From assembly GCA_938083505.1 (NCBI GenBank), contig CALKCF010000001.1, positions 44,539 to 108,538 on the forward strand: a DNA stretch of 64,000 bases, read 5' to 3'. This DNA comes from an uncultured archaeon. Its GTDB lineage: Archaea > Thermoproteota > Nitrososphaeria_A > Caldarchaeales > Wolframiiraptoraceae. Within the stretch, counting starts at the first letter, position 1; every line of letters begins with the position of its first letter. A model generated the notes under the pieces. It did no database searches. It was not told where the DNA came from and worked only from the letters and a program-made list of their open reading frames with translations. Positions 61,286 through 64,000 of the stretch are shown here, one piece after another. The position numbers and the translations under genes were made by a program.

Positions 61286-61468
61286 GAGTTGGGTAGAGAA
61301 TTGAGCAAGGATGAGGAAATGGAGCTTTTTGAGAATGAATTGAAGAAACTGAGAGAAGGTAAACATAACCCTCAGAGGATAATACATGAAAGCGGGCTTG
61401 AAAGCTATTTAGCTAAAGGATGGCAGTTTGTTAGCGTGCTACCAGGCTAAAGGATATTGATAAAGAAA
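61286..61468 (+). pseudogene. 3' remnant of a second, related integrase (homologous to 58397-58585)
   Basis: ELGRELSKDEEMELFENELKKLREGKHNPQRII...GWQFVSVLP.*RILI; many third-position differences from the intact copy. Confidence 0.85.
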
Positions 61469-61622
61469 AAAATAAACACATTAGCAATAAGTGTGAGATT
61501 CCTTTACATTCACATTCATATGGTGATCTGATCTTTTAATGATAATAATTTAAACTTATACTTCAAATTTTAAAAGGTGCTTGCATTGAAGCATTTGGCT
61601 ATAAATTAATTAAAGGGTTTCC

Positions 61623-61997
61623 ATGCAAGATAAGAAGTTACAAAAAAGATTATTTGCTATATATTTTAAGAATAGGGAAGATGCGAGAAAGGCGCGGTGC
61701 ATTCTTTCAAATCAAATACCAAATATACAAATTCAACGTAGCTATATAGTTGTAGATGAAAGGCAACTTAAAGCGTTAAAAAAGCAAGGAATTAAATATA
61801 GATTTGGCATCAACCCAGATTATATCCCTCTCTATCCTGTATATATCGATCCTAAACTGCAGAGAAAAGTTGACGAAATTTTAGCAGAGTTTCCTCCTCT
61901 ACCGATTAAACATATGCTTTGCTTTTATTTGCTAAGTAAAATGCACCTAAAGGCATTAGACGTGTCTGGCATTAAGTACGAAATGTTGGAGTTATAA
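61623..61997 (+). CDS. Hypothetical protein with internal repeat
   Basis: LKALKKQGIKYRF and LKALDVSGIKYEM. Confidence 0.55.
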   Translation: MQDKKLQKRLFAIYFKNREDARKARCILSNQIPNIQIQRSYIVVDERQLKALKKQGIKYRFGINPDYIPLYPVYIDPKLQRKVDEILAEFPPLPIKHMLCFYLLSKMHLKALDVSGIKYEMLEL

Positions 61998-62270
61998 ATC
62001 AGATGTTTTATTTCACAGAGTGTGTTCCACAATTCATCCATACAACTATCTCACTACGATCTTTAAGCAGTAGACTGCGAGTCTTAGGAGAGTTCTCGTC
62101 TCGCCCGACTCCTTCCTCCTCGTCTTCATTCTATCTCCGAACCCTAGCCCATAGCCTCTAAGGCTTCTTTCCAAACTATGGGATTAGCCCTTGGAAACTA
62201 GAAAACGAGAAGCTCCTCATTTCATAGAAAAGCTTTATATAAATAGAGTGGACATTAAATTTTTTGATTT

Positions 62271-63166
62271 GTGTTGGAACAGCGAACCTTAAGAGAGCCG
62301 CTACAGGTATTCATGGAGAAATTACCGACTAAAATTCTTGTTAACTTTGCGAGAAAATATAAGGAGCGTTTCGGCCTTGGAACACATCTACCTCGAGAGG
62401 AAGTTGTATCGCAAATTTTAGAAAAACTGCCAAGAGATATAATTCTTCAAGAATTATACGCTCCATATGGGTGGGCGGTGATGTAACGATTCATTTATTC
62501 CGGATTTCTGAAAGCAAGCTTAACAATATTACTGGGGAAACTGAACTAGCAGAGATATCAAAGAGCATAGAGTTAAAGAAAGAATTGTCCGCGTTACCAG
62601 AACCTGTTGAAATAATTTTGTCAGAAGATAAGGTAGGAATTCGTTACGAATTCCTTGGTGAGCCTATTGTTTATCAAGATCCAGAGACACGTGAATTAAA
62701 AACCGTCAGACCCTTAAAAACGGCCTTTTCAATAGTACACTTCTCGACAGGCTTAACAGAAGTACGTATTTATGAAAGAATTCACGCTTTAAATGTTATC
62801 AAGGTGTTTAAGCAGTATTTTGGTGGAGAGTATGAAATATTAAAATTTACACGTGAACATCTAGGTCAATGGCTTGAGTGGGCAACACACTTAAGGAACG
62901 CTAGGTTTAAACCGAAAGGTCCCATCAGCACTCTATATATGGGTGCAAAAGGGTGGCGTGATTTACGGGATATAGATCTGTTTAGAGAATGGTGGAGAAA
63001 AGGTGAGCCGGTAGAAGGTATTTATATAAAATTCGAGTATGCCCCAAAAGAAGAAGTAGGCTTTGGTATAAATGCAAAGATGGGAAAGATTATGTTCAGA
63101 ACGTTTGCATCTGAAGAAGAAATAAAATTAATAATTGATCAGGCGGGACGGATACTTGAAATATGA
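62271..63166 (+). pseudogene. Single ~298-aa gene split by a 1-nt frameshift at ~62478 (or a sequencing error); unknown alpha/beta protein
   Basis: ORFs 62271-62486 and 62471-63166 join as ...PYGWA-GDVTIHLF if one G is restored in GCGGTGAT. Confidence 0.6.
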
Positions 63167-64000
63167 AATAGATAATACTCTCAAACGGATTATAGAGTAT
63201 ATAGGAAGCATTAGGGATCTTCCAGTTGAGGAGGATGAAATATTAGAAGATTTGATGATACCTGAAAAGGATGGCAAAAAAAGCTTACAGAATGGCGTTC
63301 ATCAAGGTCTCCTAGATGTTAAGATGGTAATCTCATGCGAAAGATGTGGTGAAGATATTCGAGAAATAAAAGATTATGAAGAAGTAGTTGGAAAGGAAGA
63401 AAAATGCGAATCCTGTGGCGAAGTATTCATTGTAACTGATGATTGTATCCGCTATTATTACTCACTCAGTTTCAAGGGAATGAATATCTATGCCACGTTT
63501 AAAAAACAATATTTCCTGATGCCTAAGTTTAATTTACTCCCATATTATATTGATAAAATGCATAAAAAGATACGAAGTAATATCCTTAAAGATTATTTCA
63601 TTCTTATATTGCTTCACTTCTTAAGAGATATAATCCCATTTGTTGAGGCGTTAAAAAGGTTTGGAGCAAAGCCAGACAAATGTTATCTTATCTGTAAACC
63701 ATATCCTTATGCTTATAAGGATCAGATAAGCTATTACTTAAGAAGAGAAGGATACCATATAAAAATTGCAGAATCATTTTACGAGATGCCTACTATAGTT
63801 TCTTCCATACTTCAGGAAGTCCAGCAAAGAATCAAGACTGAAGGTGGTTTTCTGATCGTTGTAGAAGATGGGGGTTACATTGCACCTATTCTTCACGAAA
63901 AATTCAGCAATCTAATTCCTGTTTGTAAAGGTATAATTGCCACCTGTGATGGCATTGATTGGTTTAATGTAAGTGTCGAATTCTTGATGTTGTTTTTGCA
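63156..64000 (+). CDS. wHTH/Zn-ribbon + SAH-hydrolase-like N-domain fusion, open to the window end (not in the ORF track)
   Basis: TTG start overlapping the upstream gene; CERC...CESC; then LLHFLRD, KPY and VEDGGYIAPILH matching 58697-59878. Confidence 0.75.
   Translation, partial: MKYEIDNTLKRIIEYIGSIRDLPVEEDEILEDLMIPEKDGKKSLQNGVHQGLLDVKMVISCERCGEDIREIKDYEEVVGKEEKCESCGEVFIVTDDCIRYYYSLSFKGMNIYATFKKQYFLMPKFNLLPYYIDKMHKKIRSNILKDYFILILLHFLRDIIPFVEALKRFGAKPDKCYLICKPYPYAYKDQISYYLRREGYHIKIAESFYEMPTIVSSILQEVQQRIKTEGGFLIVVEDGGYIAPILHEKFSNLIPVCKGIIATCDGIDWFNVSVEFLMLFL

Larger units (their letters stand above)
57206..64000. mobile_element. Integrative genomic island at tRNA-Ala(CGC), right end outside the window
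   Basis: Integrase directly behind the tRNA 3' end, visibly AT-richer cargo, gene fragments and a second integrase remnant; no attR copy seen in the window. Confidence 0.8.

Noticed and set aside
1-64000. CRISPR arrays, rRNA genes and IS transposases; many antisense ORFs in the track (e.g. 29547-30386, 41319-41813, 59299-59778)
   Set aside because: No repeat-spacer periodicity, rRNA or transposase motifs seen; the antisense ORFs are shadows of well-supported genes.

Overview
Archaeal chromosome segment, most likely a thermophilic TACK-group archaeon. Evidence for this: DKFP-type shikimate genes, two-CxxC protein disulfide oxidoreductase, L10e/L21e/Rpo4/Pus10/SRP54, psmB-aCPSF1-Lsm-L37e, and BHB-intron tRNAs. 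From 1 to ~57 kb it is mostly core genome: asd plus an aromatic amino-acid operon, feoAB, a dye-linked proline/sarcosine dehydrogenase pair, heme O synthase, ppsA, a translation/transcription cluster, three nucleotidyltransferase-fold genes (one fused to a kinase), copA, acr3, a peptide ABC transporter with two M29-fold enzymes, pyrG, a DtxR-regulated Zn/Mn ABC transporter and four tRNAs. Three things are not explained by ordinary annotation. (i) A ~215-nt GC-rich multi-helix RNA gene on the minus strand (32052-32268) with its own TATA box, which I cannot match to RNase P, SRP, 5S or a riboswitch. (ii) A decaying sulfur-relay cluster (hemerythrin, dsrE2, tusA and iscS pseudogenes) next to tRNA-Asn. 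(iii) An integrative island at tRNA-Ala(CGC) from 57.2 kb to the window end. The island has a tyrosine integrase, a remnant of a second related integrase, and two divergent S-adenosylhomocysteine-hydrolase-like genes: one with a cupin and a wHTH regulator, the other fused to a wHTH/Zn-ribbon module and missed by the ORF track. All calls are from motif recognition by eye; no database searches or folding were run.
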